A stretch of 64,000 nucleotides of DNA from an uncultured virus (IMG/VR IMGVR_UViG_3300037189_006336) (IMGVR_UViG_3300037189_006336:1-64000); one strand, 5' to 3'; numbered from the stretch's first letter, positions 42,201 through 49,959 are shown. Numbers and translations: made by a program. Notes: generated from the letters alone by a model not told the origin.

Positions 42201-44425
42201 AGACTTTTCCAATAACAATTCAATCTTCTATAAGAACAACAGTTAAACAAAATAGAGAAATAACAAATTTTACTAGAAAGTTTAATGATAGAGCTACAGG
42301 TTTAAAAAACATTATTGTTTTAGATGAAGTATCTATGTTAGATAATATAGAATTTAGTAGACTTGTAGCTACAGCTAAAGCTTCAGGACATCGTGTTATT
42401 TTCATAGGTGATCCAAAACAAATCACAGCAGTTAAAACTGATAATGATGATGATAATAACAAAACAACACCAACTAAAAATATATCAAAAGCTTTTCTTA
42501 ACCCAAATATAAGTAAGTTAAATCAAATCTTTAGAACTAAAGACAACAACATTTTAACTGTTTTAACAAATATAAGAAATGCTAATAAGTTTAATGAACA
42601 AATGTTTGAATCAACTGATACATTAAAACAACTTACTAAAAGTGATTATAATGATGAATTGATTAATGACTTAAAAAATAATGTTGAAGACACTATTATA
42701 TTAAATTATACAAATGATGGTGTAGCTAAAGCAAATAAAAGCGCAAGAGAAGTATTAGGATATGAAGGTGAATTAAAAGTAGGAGAAAAAATAGTTGGTT
42801 ATATTGGATCTGAAACAAAAGAAATAGAAAAAGGAGAATTAGCTAATTCTGTTACATATGTTGTAAATAATATAGAAAAATCTGAAAATGGTCCTATAAC
42901 AATAACAGCAACTAGCAAATTACTATCTCATCTTTTAAAAATGGGGATGGGTGGTATATCTGATTATACAGTATTTACATACTTGAATATGTCTAACGCG
43001 GACGTTCATAACTATGGTTTAACTTCTGAACAAATGGAGTTTAATAAAAATTATTTAAAACAGTATTTGAAAAAGATTCATGTTCTTAATACTCAGTATG
43101 ATAATGGTAATGGAAGATTAGAGTATGTTGACTATTTACAAGCTGTATACCTGGTAAGAAAAGAACTAGCTAGTATAAATACTGGAGCAAAGTATATTTA
43201 TAATCCAAAAACTGATAGTGTTGAACTTTATAATGAACGTACACACGGAAAGTATGGTTTAAATATAGCTCATAATCTGAAAATGGATAAAGGTATAGAT
43301 TTTGGATATGCTGTTACAGTACATAAATCACAAGGTATGAGTATACCTATTGTTTATGTTGATATGGCTAGTATTAGAAACATGAAGCGTACAGATATTC
43401 TTAGAAATGGTGAGTTATACAATACAGAACAAAATGCTATTTATTATGTAGCTTTATCCAGAGCCTCTCAAAAATTAATTGTTAGTAAAGGTGAAAATGC
43501 TAGTACATTCTCACAAGCTCCGAATGAATATATGGAAGATAGTCCTTTGAGTTTTTTAGATAATAACATGTCAATGTTTCATGATCAGATAGCTATTAAC
43601 TCTGTATTTGGAGAAGATAGTACAAATATCAGTGTTAATGATTTACTTAAAAATATAAAAGCAAACGCTAATCCATTTAACACACAAGTAGTAAATTCTA
43701 TTATAAAAGCTAAACCTAGTCCATTTAAAGTAACAGTAGACTATAAAGCTGAAAATCCTGGTATGTATGATCTAAATAGTAAACAAATAACTATCAATCC
43801 AACATTAGCTATTAAAGATTATACTGAGATTAAAGATAAAACTCAAGCTTTACATGATGTAGTTATACATGAGATAATGCATCATCTTACAGCTGATTTA
43901 CTTAACGCAGATCCTGATACCTTATCTGTAGCACAGAAAAAATATGTATTAGCTATTAAGAATCTATTTAATGATACTCAAAAGAAAATATTAAATGATG
44001 AGGAACACAAAGAAGCTCTTAAGAATGCTATAGAACAAACTAATAAAGAAGGTGGTTTCTTATCTCAAGCTGATAAGAGTAAGTATTATGGTTTGACTAA
44101 TGTTCATGATTTTGTATCTATGATGATGAGTGATAAAGGTTTTAGAAACTTTATGAATCAAACAAAATACTCAGGTAATAAATCTATTATTGACAGGTTT
44201 ATAGATATCTTAGCAACTCTTCTTGATTTATTCAAAGGTCAGATAAAAGAAGATAGTGTTTTACATGAAGGATTATCTAATATTATTGGTTTACTTGGAA
44301 CAAGAGTTGATGATCAAATACAAAGATCTATAAGAACCGAAGAGGCTTTTTCATTTAAAGAAAACGTTATGCTAGATAACTTTAATGATATAATAAAATT
44401 ATTAGATATAAAAACAAAATGTTAA
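33266..44425 (+). CDS. Giant virion polyprotein: two-barrel DNA-dependent RNA polymerase + DUF4326-like + macro-like + NADAR-like + SF1 helicase + zincin
   Basis: RIP (37205) and GSDFDVDK (37316-37339) DxDxD catalytic loop as in crAss-like/phi14:2 gp66 vRNAP. IGNPF...THATAL (about 40100-40440). VFGSNPEGRHGAG...SYALVTK (about 40530-40940). LSNF...TVEGAFQAFK...SFEQN...LLSTGN (about 41010-41440). GYAGTGKT (42053), LDEVSM, GDPKQ, TVHKSQG, YVALSRA. HEIMH (43868). Confidence 0.85.
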   Translation: MLCPNIKSPKWHNLVEKIGETNAWREFLAHGEIPEANKYEQSEGNKIQYSIRTKTTEEIQESLKNENVKTGNTIKYTNAVKSMLLARIGDITPNVELTTNPTTAFNNIKDTFNNIKNGLILLMDSVPDEATYNEVVSSPEYSSGEIQKLLPTLKYIKSYEDIGKALSMYSSLVEDFDKYKEYATADLSKLGVIIKNNKITKVDTKDENNDKTDDEKDEIEITAVEQGSQFADGRQFQTNTRDTASQRVKALLHTIKTGETEFGLPLYASPDDVNDDILHIGSKMKLTNFGNNESKLTEFNKALAERAATRTYLGDLQAKIANYINKGDTTVLNQIVTYATKAYANENILLYKSERIGNDITGISNVKIFGNNRDSVEEQVARDWVASHVSSSTGFYITNALNERFPNPVKVDQLKNIIEKAKEVNSDKKELFKNFFDTLGITFSDQDMNVIYNNLATSIRKGQTFDSLFAPNNMLDNIYKSYNDNLNTAFENQYGFQDQGTTMSKLATMYYDLNPQKYNVVSATSADGKNKYLYIETSHVENIKRNWETDREKGTSTHRVFKSAFAKPNLDFWNDAKTGKTKFKLEYFNGSRDESSNRDGKVRKNFTSKEQTVSMFLNHQTANTYISFTLSDKTSSLQTTIDKEFFIDSKKKESGSSNPMGKNVDFGISQSTGAAIYSEAFKNKLYMNLVAPEISRIQASIKAGDRINVEDFQTASKLFYIIPSINIDERLEDFRKDLYAGNNVSKYRALIGQVVLDDMIKSSEKQLEKLVENDVIRRSDKDVYTFHLFNKDYVNRFRQTGLVNRNLALTMIMDLKTNYMNAQVKNLQFFGFDPMNAFKRYSKSFTETDITKFTVDDKLKCINSTWDEFSKRAAGLIAPGSQGTWIWNNVNGKEYRSTTYKAVTAKDVKIAGSETTDAQEFTTVQEHIDFLMSEGDIPLSIWQSIHDKIEAAKNTKDKYYELTGKEMEYLMSPIKPVQFADVNEAENLNRIDYVKSSRFPLIPQNEIHSERNKLRLLMENNDIQSVNFASAKKLGRPSESIQLFDENNNFVIPDLTSKENTFYQTLTRDGLRKQQVVPDQKDHIMTISQMNRTLLDGLLESDGFKLKDLSLKGSELKKYKEAVRSKLFELATKKLDDELGDLSRSHRGLHKLLTDVIKSDTTGSYTSNDLRALELGADGKFKIPLEVQFKYNKYQSLINSLINKNIMLKVNGSSFIQVSGIGAKYTFSETSSNLKSGIIWVDKHIKDGEPTTLKYLRNEDGKIQGAQVIVSQYIRDEKGKLIDLSQFIITDETGRKILDTHAFTDDMFQMIASRIPNQSHPSMLPIEVVGFLSGNVQNSIIVPDGITGQMGSDFDVDKLFTYLSNTVIRRNDNGKIDRVMSTDYNLKSIDDINSMNEEQLLQLYKDIHWAALTHPEAFDKITSSVDLPEVKGMIADRNVLLEKYGISKNITSSLPLDFNTSTDRFNDNRSAKDGVAIFANYISAQADFQDKVITLGYTDKEGEAILNGIQVKLDKNKPVTELLYLGKEGKSESLTKDDKGKTLPLRTIGDVVNMMMTESVDNVKNQNLKEFNWDKKSMSAIGVFSMLTDEDGNAPSVEFSANLTSQYTIYKYFNILEQKQDSFGEYDADAKKNAFLETQDSLIKRIEKYKLLPANVVVEQYLSDPDRKDKVLDPATLKDMWVVGMALQDGGYKEYQDKVTASQPTTDTKLMKIAADLNFKSVNDMLLKYYTTQFDSLELFDKLDNLGQEFNTILGSVYTYTKGIGSDVFTTKQKINQLMKLKTSSNFLNLDKIAGNIDRDENTGMVNISPIGEIGNAINNSLIKAQSYYQKLFPISVSKSIDKIAGALVSTTGVARLTDVGKNKFVSTYNDAFRGIKNYLFTERGLELFSNAIEEREKLINGPTSIGARVAAIKQSGDKQLSSNGFLKNIDVTAQIKGGDAYVMSFKSPFGGDIDENIVASGFYELVNHPKEEIRQLAKDLAIYPFATGDAGNIGRFIPVEYLMTDKDFNKAMKDLNSTYSSEILIDNPYTLDTLIKQIVQNDPKTYSKKFKFGTIIEQGENDNTFKKLIKQSGILEAGVNDLSKVPSFKLKIGTLEDYAKANPKASGIVSSFKVPLSDDEKERLGDKALYIDFKYPDYVMITDSVVDNMTEYGEYNRDNNYLYKRMSKIGDPEARYQRIPILGYKNIREFDFKNDSLYSAIKQNHIDNSFVPQVKAQEAESVQSGNNTSDKIYSELGEKTQSKNVILPKDVDPEADNVGMSYTTAIDFWRKIVPEAMTLYNKSQPLIVAFRGDSKKTFLQNYKTSTNTIGNPFDFRDEAGDRKQQGITSTKKFIDWMITGNNQGNQNATEEYRQAIINDIKSGRLKNSSILYYEEKGYATHATALDYLINKYDWSNQETKNTSSPFIEGVHKTYEGKIEKLAPNQVYVFGSNPEGRHGAGSALDARNKFGAIYGNGRGEQGQSYALVTKNLTPGYTEKSTGITYEKAGEKSISKEQITNNIKDLYKIASENPEKEYVVAYKKDSKNLNGYSSQDMADMFSSQPIPSNMVFEKGFNDLVRSGQEKTNVQSSNTEQSIDKNNKINIYSTEKNGYEDLSNFAVRPFDVGDNYRFNTVEGAFQAFKFSETFPIQDDYQEIIKKLQTASGSEAKTIGKTIENLNKEKWDAKSSSIMKTVLKASFEQNPEALEKLLSTGNAELTHTQDNSKWKTEFPRLLMEVRNELRNTKTIDQPAFTESEEQQQKTNNIQTDIVKYGNGSFSSQFIVEHEGPYSGELKKIFYVSKGEKGKEVTDPGLFYKVSLKHDTMIHPQDVVTIKLGLNEHSYFIDMEGAVVSLQESSYGTQITSKDVLKRIFQEKDKKLEDKIVDQHNEDVVEKVPEGEKPKFEYNGTSVTTEFPLSEEQSQALKNLIDFVENKTTGEGEYNGVHTLEGYAGTGKTSIIGILEKYMKVKGGGAKFIYMAPTHAATVALGINIVKYGSKTFPITIQSSIRTTVKQNREITNFTRKFNDRATGLKNIIVLDEVSMLDNIEFSRLVATAKASGHRVIFIGDPKQITAVKTDNDDDNNKTTPTKNISKAFLNPNISKLNQIFRTKDNNILTVLTNIRNANKFNEQMFESTDTLKQLTKSDYNDELINDLKNNVEDTIILNYTNDGVAKANKSAREVLGYEGELKVGEKIVGYIGSETKEIEKGELANSVTYVVNNIEKSENGPITITATSKLLSHLLKMGMGGISDYTVFTYLNMSNADVHNYGLTSEQMEFNKNYLKQYLKKIHVLNTQYDNGNGRLEYVDYLQAVYLVRKELASINTGAKYIYNPKTDSVELYNERTHGKYGLNIAHNLKMDKGIDFGYAVTVHKSQGMSIPIVYVDMASIRNMKRTDILRNGELYNTEQNAIYYVALSRASQKLIVSKGENASTFSQAPNEYMEDSPLSFLDNNMSMFHDQIAINSVFGEDSTNISVNDLLKNIKANANPFNTQVVNSIIKAKPSPFKVTVDYKAENPGMYDLNSKQITINPTLAIKDYTEIKDKTQALHDVVIHEIMHHLTADLLNADPDTLSVAQKKYVLAIKNLFNDTQKKILNDEEHKEALKNAIEQTNKEGGFLSQADKSKYYGLTNVHDFVSMMMSDKGFRNFMNQTKYSGNKSIIDRFIDILATLLDLFKGQIKEDSVLHEGLSNIIGLLGTRVDDQIQRSIRTEEAFSFKENVMLDNFNDIIKLLDIKTKC

Positions 44426-44426
44426 T

Positions 44427-47400
44427 ATGAGCTGTAAGTACACATACAAAGGAATGGAGTTTGAAAAAGATGAGTTAGTTAAATATCTTATAGATAATCC
44501 ATCAGAAAAGTTTGATAATAGTGGAAAGCAAAGTGACTTTTACTACTCTATTAAAACTGGAGCCAGTTTAAAAGATTTGAAAAAAGCCGGTCTTAATGTA
44601 ACGGTTGCTACAGTAACAATGCTTAATCAAAGAATAAGTGATGCTAAGAATATGGCTCAAGCTATTGAACACTCAGCTTATTCAGAAGAAGAAAAACTTA
44701 GGTTAAAAGCTTATTATAAAAACATTATTCAAGAAACAACTGGAGCTTTACGTGATATATCAACATCTACTGGGGATAAACAACTTAATCTTATTCTTAA
44801 TCAAGCTACTATAGATCATAAACTTGTTGAAACTATGTATAAGTCGTCAGACTCTATAAGTTTTAATGAGTTAAAGTTTGCTAAAGAAATGGTAGAAAGC
44901 TGGTCTAATTTTAAATCTGTTCTTGGTATAGAAGATGTTGATGAGCTTCCGGATGAAACAAGAGAAAAAGTTAGAACTATTCTTCATAATTTTTCTGATC
45001 TATCTGATAAAACAAGAAGAATTGCTATAGAGCTTATAAGAAAAGCTTTTGATGGTAAAATAACTGAAACAGAGATTACAAGAATTGTAGATACATCATT
45101 AGCTACTGAATGGATCAGAGATCTTACTACTACAGGTGTTCCTATTGCAAACGTATTAAGTAGATTATTAGAAGAAACTAATATTAAAATTAATAAGGAA
45201 AGAAATGATATACATCGTGAAATAGATAAGGTAGCTGATAAGCTAAAAACACATCCAGAAATAATAAAGAATGGGTTTGATATATTCTTTAAAATGAAAA
45301 AGAATAAGGATAACACTGAAACAAGAACTAGAGTTTCTAGATATTCTCAAAAGTTTTGGGATTCTAAAAGAGCTAACTCAACAACATTAGATATTCAATT
45401 AAAAGAAGTGGGTGATAACAAAGAAAAAGTTAAAGCAGCTTGGGCTCGATACCACGCTTGGAATGAAGCTAACACTATATTGTTTAATTCACTACCTTTT
45501 ATAAATTCTGAAGATTATAAAGACTCTGATAGAGAACGTGAAATAGAAAATCTTAAAAATTTAGGATTTAAAGAAAACGAAATTGATAATATTATTAGCG
45601 AAAGTGCTTTAAGATATGAAAGATATTTAAAAGCTAAAGATCAATATCAAGCTAATATGATAGCTAAGATAGCTTATCATCCAGAATTAATAGCTGAAGG
45701 TAAAACAGAAGCTGATTGGGTTAAAGAACAAGTAGAGGATTATGATAATTTATACAATCCATTAAAATATGTTAATCAAAAGATATATGGAGCTCTAATT
45801 GTTACAGCAAAAGGTGGTGCTGAAAATTGTTATCTTGTTCCTGTAAAAAATATAAAAGGTCAGGATATGGAGTATTACGATAAACAGTTTGACACTATAG
45901 TTAATGATCCAGTATTATATGAATTTTATTCTTGGTTTGATAAAACGATTAAAGAAAATTTATCTTGGTATCCTAAAGAAGAAATAGAAGGACTTGGTTC
46001 AAACTATCTTCCAATTATAGCTGAAAAAGCTGCTAAAGAATATGGACTTAGTAATATTAAAGACTCAGTTAAAGGATTAGGAGATTGGTTTTTAAATGCA
46101 TTTACCGCGTATGACTATGAACAAAGAGTTGAAACCGGTGGTATGACTATGAAAGAACGTAGAAACTTTAACGCTACATTTTTACATCAAGATATAGGAA
46201 CTGAGAAAGCTTCTAAAGATATGATATTAATGGCTAGAGCCTTTGCTGATATGTCTTTGATATATAAACATAAGAATACAATTAAAGCTCAAGTTGATAT
46301 TATTAATGACGTAATACAAGAAACTAAAGGTTCTTATAAATACAATAAGAAAACAGGTGAATATATAGCTAAAGCTGAGGATGCTAAACATATAAAAGGA
46401 TTGGCGGACTTTACTGTAAAAAAAGGATTTTATGGTATTAGTGATAAAGATATGGCTGATGAAGCGCTTAGTGGTGATACTTTGTTTTATGATTGGAAAG
46501 AACTAGTTAGTGGTGGATTATATAAATCTGAAAAAGCTAAAAAAGCAAAAGCTATTGAAGATAAAATTAAAAAAGTTAATGAACAGTTAGATAAAGAAAA
46601 TATTACAGAAAAAGATGAAGAAGTCTTAACAGATGCCTTATATCAATTAAAAAAAGAACATACGAATTTAGGTGGTAGAAAGTTTTCATTATCACAAATG
46701 ATTGATAGTAGTCTTACTTTAACAAGAGCTACATCATTAACTTTTAACGTAGCTTCTGCAGTTAGAAACTTACTTGTTGGTAAACTAAATAACTGGGAAC
46801 ACGCAAAAGGTGGTAGAGATTATACTACATCTGATTTAGCTATTGCTAATAGATTAATAGCTTCTTCAATAGGTAAATACTGGTCTGGTGGAAAATATGA
46901 GACAAGAATGACACATATATTATTTAAAGTGTTATCAGATTCAGGACTATTAGAAGGAGAAGATCATGGTTATGTAAAATCTTTAGTTGATAATAGAAGT
47001 AATGTAGATAAGTTTAAAGCTATGTTACCTAAAGGGTATACACTTCTTCAATCTGGTGACTATCATTTTAAATCTGAGCTTATGATGGCTGGTTTTAATT
47101 TTACTAAAGTTGAAACTAGCAAGGGACAAAAGTCTTTACATGAAGTATTAGATGAAGATGGTAAATATGATGAAAAAGAATTTGGTCCTTGGGATGCTGA
47201 AAAAAATGGTGGAAAAACATTTGATGAACTGTATACTGATACTATTCTTAAATATAGACAACTAGCTAAAAAACTACATGGAGCTGTTGGTAAAGATATA
47301 TATCTTAAAGCTAAAGGAAACTCTATAGGTAGATTGTTTATGGTGTTTAAATCATGGTTACCTGAAACAATTGGTGTAAGGTTTGATCCTAAACATATTG

Positions 47401-47936
47401 ATGGTATAATGAATAGAGAAGAAGAAGGTTTTTATAGAACATTTGTTGGTATTTGTAGAGAAAAAGGATTAGGTACATTTAAACTTATGTTAGATGCTGT
47501 TCTTAATAGAGATGTAGATATAAGTGATGAAATGAAACTTGCTAACTTTAAAAAAGCTGTCGCTGAAATACAAGTTATTATAACATTAATGTTAGCGTAT
47601 ACAATATTATCAGCTATATCACCTACAGATAAAAAAGATAAAAAAATGTATAATCTTTTTGTTTTAAGACAATTAAAAGATTTACAACGTGATATGACTT
47701 ATTATATAGATATTAGATCTGCAAATGATTTACAAAAAAATGTTGTACCAATACTGATCACTTATCAAAATATGGGAAAAGCTTTTAACGCTTTTGGACA
47801 ACATATACTTGGTGTCGAAAAACCAGATGGTAAACTTAAATATGATAATGAACGTACAGCACTTGCTATAACTAAAGTACTTCCAGTATTAAGTAATGTA
47901 AACAGAGTTATATATTATACTAAAGAGATACAATAA
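44427..47936 (+). CDS. Large helical putative cargo protein, last gene of the ejection cluster
   Basis: 1169 aa; C-terminal hydrophobic helix IQVIITLMLAYTILSAI; follows the vRNAP gene. Confidence 0.5.
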   Translation: MSCKYTYKGMEFEKDELVKYLIDNPSEKFDNSGKQSDFYYSIKTGASLKDLKKAGLNVTVATVTMLNQRISDAKNMAQAIEHSAYSEEEKLRLKAYYKNIIQETTGALRDISTSTGDKQLNLILNQATIDHKLVETMYKSSDSISFNELKFAKEMVESWSNFKSVLGIEDVDELPDETREKVRTILHNFSDLSDKTRRIAIELIRKAFDGKITETEITRIVDTSLATEWIRDLTTTGVPIANVLSRLLEETNIKINKERNDIHREIDKVADKLKTHPEIIKNGFDIFFKMKKNKDNTETRTRVSRYSQKFWDSKRANSTTLDIQLKEVGDNKEKVKAAWARYHAWNEANTILFNSLPFINSEDYKDSDREREIENLKNLGFKENEIDNIISESALRYERYLKAKDQYQANMIAKIAYHPELIAEGKTEADWVKEQVEDYDNLYNPLKYVNQKIYGALIVTAKGGAENCYLVPVKNIKGQDMEYYDKQFDTIVNDPVLYEFYSWFDKTIKENLSWYPKEEIEGLGSNYLPIIAEKAAKEYGLSNIKDSVKGLGDWFLNAFTAYDYEQRVETGGMTMKERRNFNATFLHQDIGTEKASKDMILMARAFADMSLIYKHKNTIKAQVDIINDVIQETKGSYKYNKKTGEYIAKAEDAKHIKGLADFTVKKGFYGISDKDMADEALSGDTLFYDWKELVSGGLYKSEKAKKAKAIEDKIKKVNEQLDKENITEKDEEVLTDALYQLKKEHTNLGGRKFSLSQMIDSSLTLTRATSLTFNVASAVRNLLVGKLNNWEHAKGGRDYTTSDLAIANRLIASSIGKYWSGGKYETRMTHILFKVLSDSGLLEGEDHGYVKSLVDNRSNVDKFKAMLPKGYTLLQSGDYHFKSELMMAGFNFTKVETSKGQKSLHEVLDEDGKYDEKEFGPWDAEKNGGKTFDELYTDTILKYRQLAKKLHGAVGKDIYLKAKGNSIGRLFMVFKSWLPETIGVRFDPKHIDGIMNREEEGFYRTFVGICREKGLGTFKLMLDAVLNRDVDISDEMKLANFKKAVAEIQVIITLMLAYTILSAISPTDKKDKKMYNLFVLRQLKDLQRDMTYYIDIRSANDLQKNVVPILITYQNMGKAFNAFGQHILGVEKPDGKLKYDNERTALAITKVLPVLSNVNRVIYYTKEIQ

Positions 47937-47965
47937 AAAGAGGGAGTTATTCTCCCTCTTTTTTG
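47936..47965. terminator. Bidirectional terminator at the convergence of the structural and replication modules
   Basis: AAAAGAGGGAG-TTATT-CTCCCTCTTTT with A- and T-runs on both sides, between convergent genes. Confidence 0.85.
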
Positions 47966-48145
47966 TTACTTTTTTTTGTAATAAGTAAAGTAAATAATAA
48001 TAATTCCTATACCAATTCCTATCTCATTATAGATAGACTCTTCTCTGGTATCATCACATATTGCTTCACCTTGTTCATACAAAATACCAAAAACAGTTTT
48101 TCTTTTTGAAAAAAAAGAAAACTTAACATGTAACATACTATTCAT
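47966..48145 (-). CDS. Small 59-aa protein with hydrophobic C-terminus (absent from the ORF track)
   Basis: Manual translation MNSMLHVKFSFFSKRKTVFGILYEQGEAICDDTREESIYNEIGIGIGIIIIYFTYYKKK; fills the gap between the 48152 ORF and the terminator. Confidence 0.6.
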   Translation of the reverse strand: MNSMLHVKFSFFSKRKTVFGILYEQGEAICDDTREESIYNEIGIGIGIIIIYFTYYKKK

Positions 48146-48151
48146 AACTGT

Positions 48152-49243
48152 CTAATTTTTAATTTCAAAAGGATGCTTCATAATAAAACAATCCTGTGGT
48201 TGATCCGTATGTTTTTTAAAGCCGTTAATATAGCTTTGTATATTTGTAGATCCAACTGGATTATGTGAATGACAACATGCTTTCCAAGATAATAAAGTTT
48301 TATACTCATTTTCTAAAATACTGATATCAGGAATAAAAAATGGATGTCTAAATTTATAATCTATATTTGGTTGTAAAATAGATGGTTTTGTAATAGGTAA
48401 ATCATTAGCATTTTTCCATATAAAACCTTTACTTGTTTTATATAAATTTCTTGCACAAGCTCTTATTGATGAAGCACTAAATCCTAGTTGTCTAGCAGCT
48501 TCTTCACTACTACCATAAACGTCAATTAAGTTATTATTAATATCATATTGAGCTATTGGTATACTAATAGACGTATTTTCAGAAACTCTGCTTCTTTTTT
48601 TTGGTCTTATATTATTATTTATAGCATGTTCATTATTTTCTTTAGATGTACACCATTCTAAATTACTCCAATGATTGTTCCATCTATTCCCATCTATATG
48701 ATTTATTTGTGATTTATTATCAATATTAACAATAAACGATTCAGCAACAAGTCTATGAATCTTTTTTCTACTTTTATTACCATTACCATCATATAATGTT
48801 ACCATTAAACCAGTAACTGATTTATCAGGTTTAAGAAAAGCATTTGTCTTTCCATTTTTTTTATTATATCCTTTATGAATAATTCTTCCAAAATTAGATA
48901 CTTTATAAATAGATTCATAACCAGGTATGTCTTTCCATACTTCTTCTGTATATAATAATCTTTTCTGACAATGTTCTACTAACCAACGCGCGCAATCTAG
49001 TCCGGTTTTTTCTTTATACTGTCCGTAGTTAGGATGTTGAAATCCTTCTACCATAAGTTGTTTGTAATAGTCATCCATATGTTCCTGGGCCAGGTCATGA
49101 TCAAAAGAGATCAGATCTGGTATACCGTTTTTGGATATGTATTCTACAAACTCATCATAGTTTCTTACAACATTCCATGGATGATATCCGGGAATAGTTA
49201 CAGTTGGGATACGCGTATCATCTAGATATAATGCTTTCTTCAT
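48152..49243 (-). CDS. Cyclic-phosphate-processing receiver-domain protein interrupted in frame by a NUMOD4-HNH-NUMOD1 endonuclease
   Basis: N-part LYLDDTR...VRNYDEF...ISFDHDL...KTGLDCARWL; insert EVWKDIPGYE...HRLVA...INHIDGNRWNNHWSNLEW...QYD...GFIWK; C-part HSHNPVGSTNI. Confidence 0.8.
   Translation of the reverse strand: MKKALYLDDTRIPTVTIPGYHPWNVVRNYDEFVEYISKNGIPDLISFDHDLAQEHMDDYYKQLMVEGFQHPNYGQYKEKTGLDCARWLVEHCQKRLLYTEEVWKDIPGYESIYKVSNFGRIIHKGYNKKNGKTNAFLKPDKSVTGLMVTLYDGNGNKSRKKIHRLVAESFIVNIDNKSQINHIDGNRWNNHWSNLEWCTSKENNEHAINNNIRPKKRSRVSENTSISIPIAQYDINNNLIDVYGSSEEAARQLGFSASSIRACARNLYKTSKGFIWKNANDLPITKPSILQPNIDYKFRHPFFIPDISILENEYKTLLSWKACCHSHNPVGSTNIQSYINGFKKHTDQPQDCFIMKHPFEIKN
48300..48960 (-). 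mobile_element. Homing endonuclease insert (NUMOD4-HNH-NUMOD1); boundaries approximate
   Basis: Typical homing-endonuclease domain order lying between the two halves of the receiver domain. Confidence 0.7.
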
Positions 49244-49244
49244 T

Positions 49245-49718
49245 TTACTTAATATTTAATAGTTTACATATATATCTAAATTCATTAATAGAAGAACAGA
49301 ATCCATTATAAACAATATCTAAAGAATATTTACCAGGTGGATTTGTTTTTATTTTTGAAGCATCTAGTATATAATCCCGTAACTCAATAGTTAATCTAGT
49401 ACTTAAAATATTATATCTACAATCATAAGTATAGTTACCAATGTCTTTTTTAAATAATTTTACACCATCACCATAAATTATATCTGCTATACAGATCCAT
49501 CCTTCAGCTTCTAACTGTTCTTTAGTGAGATATGGAGTTCTTATTCTTCCTTCTTCTAAATCTTCTACAAGATTTTCTAAATCAAGTTCTTCAATAGTAA
49601 TACTTTCCCAAGGATATTCATCTTTTTTTTCAAAAGCATATTCATCACAATCTTTCCATTCACATTCATATCCAATATGTAAATCTGATATGTCTGGAGT
49701 ATAATATTTATTTTCCAT
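49245..49718 (-). CDS. Hypothetical protein
   Basis: 157-aa ORF tightly packed in the operon. Confidence 0.55.
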   Translation of the reverse strand: MENKYYTPDISDLHIGYECEWKDCDEYAFEKKDEYPWESITIEELDLENLVEDLEEGRIRTPYLTKEQLEAEGWICIADIIYGDGVKLFKKDIGNYTYDCRYNILSTRLTIELRDYILDASKIKTNPPGKYSLDIVYNGFCSSINEFRYICKLLNIK

Positions 49719-49959
49719 CTTTAAATTCGTTTTCTAAATACTCAATTAGATACTTAGCGTATCCTGTTAATATCTCTTTATCTTGAAAAATAAAGCTGTT
49801 GAGTTTAGACTCAACAGCTTTATTATATTCTTCTTTTAGTAGTTTAAAACTACTTTTATTAATAGACAGACTTTCCTGATTCACTACTATAATTTTGATG
49901 ATATTTTGATTCTTGTACTCCAGTTTGACCGTGGTATTTACTACCTGCTTTTTGATCAT
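49708..49959 (-). CDS. Small hypothetical protein (start uncertain)
   Basis: C-terminal YNKAV...F.FQDKEILTGYAKYLIEYL looks protein-like; the 5' part overlaps dcd by 101 nt. Confidence 0.45.
   Translation of the reverse strand: MIKKQVVNTTVKLEYKNQNIIKIIVVNQESLSINKSSFKLLKEEYNKAVESKLNSFIFQDKEILTGYAKYLIEYLENEFKDGK

Noticed and set aside
48250..48975. Intein around the HNH insert (Cys at CQK; HSHN near the end)
   Set aside because: No Hint block A/B/F. The HN is followed by Pro rather than Cys/Ser/Thr and belongs to the host motif HSxNPVG.
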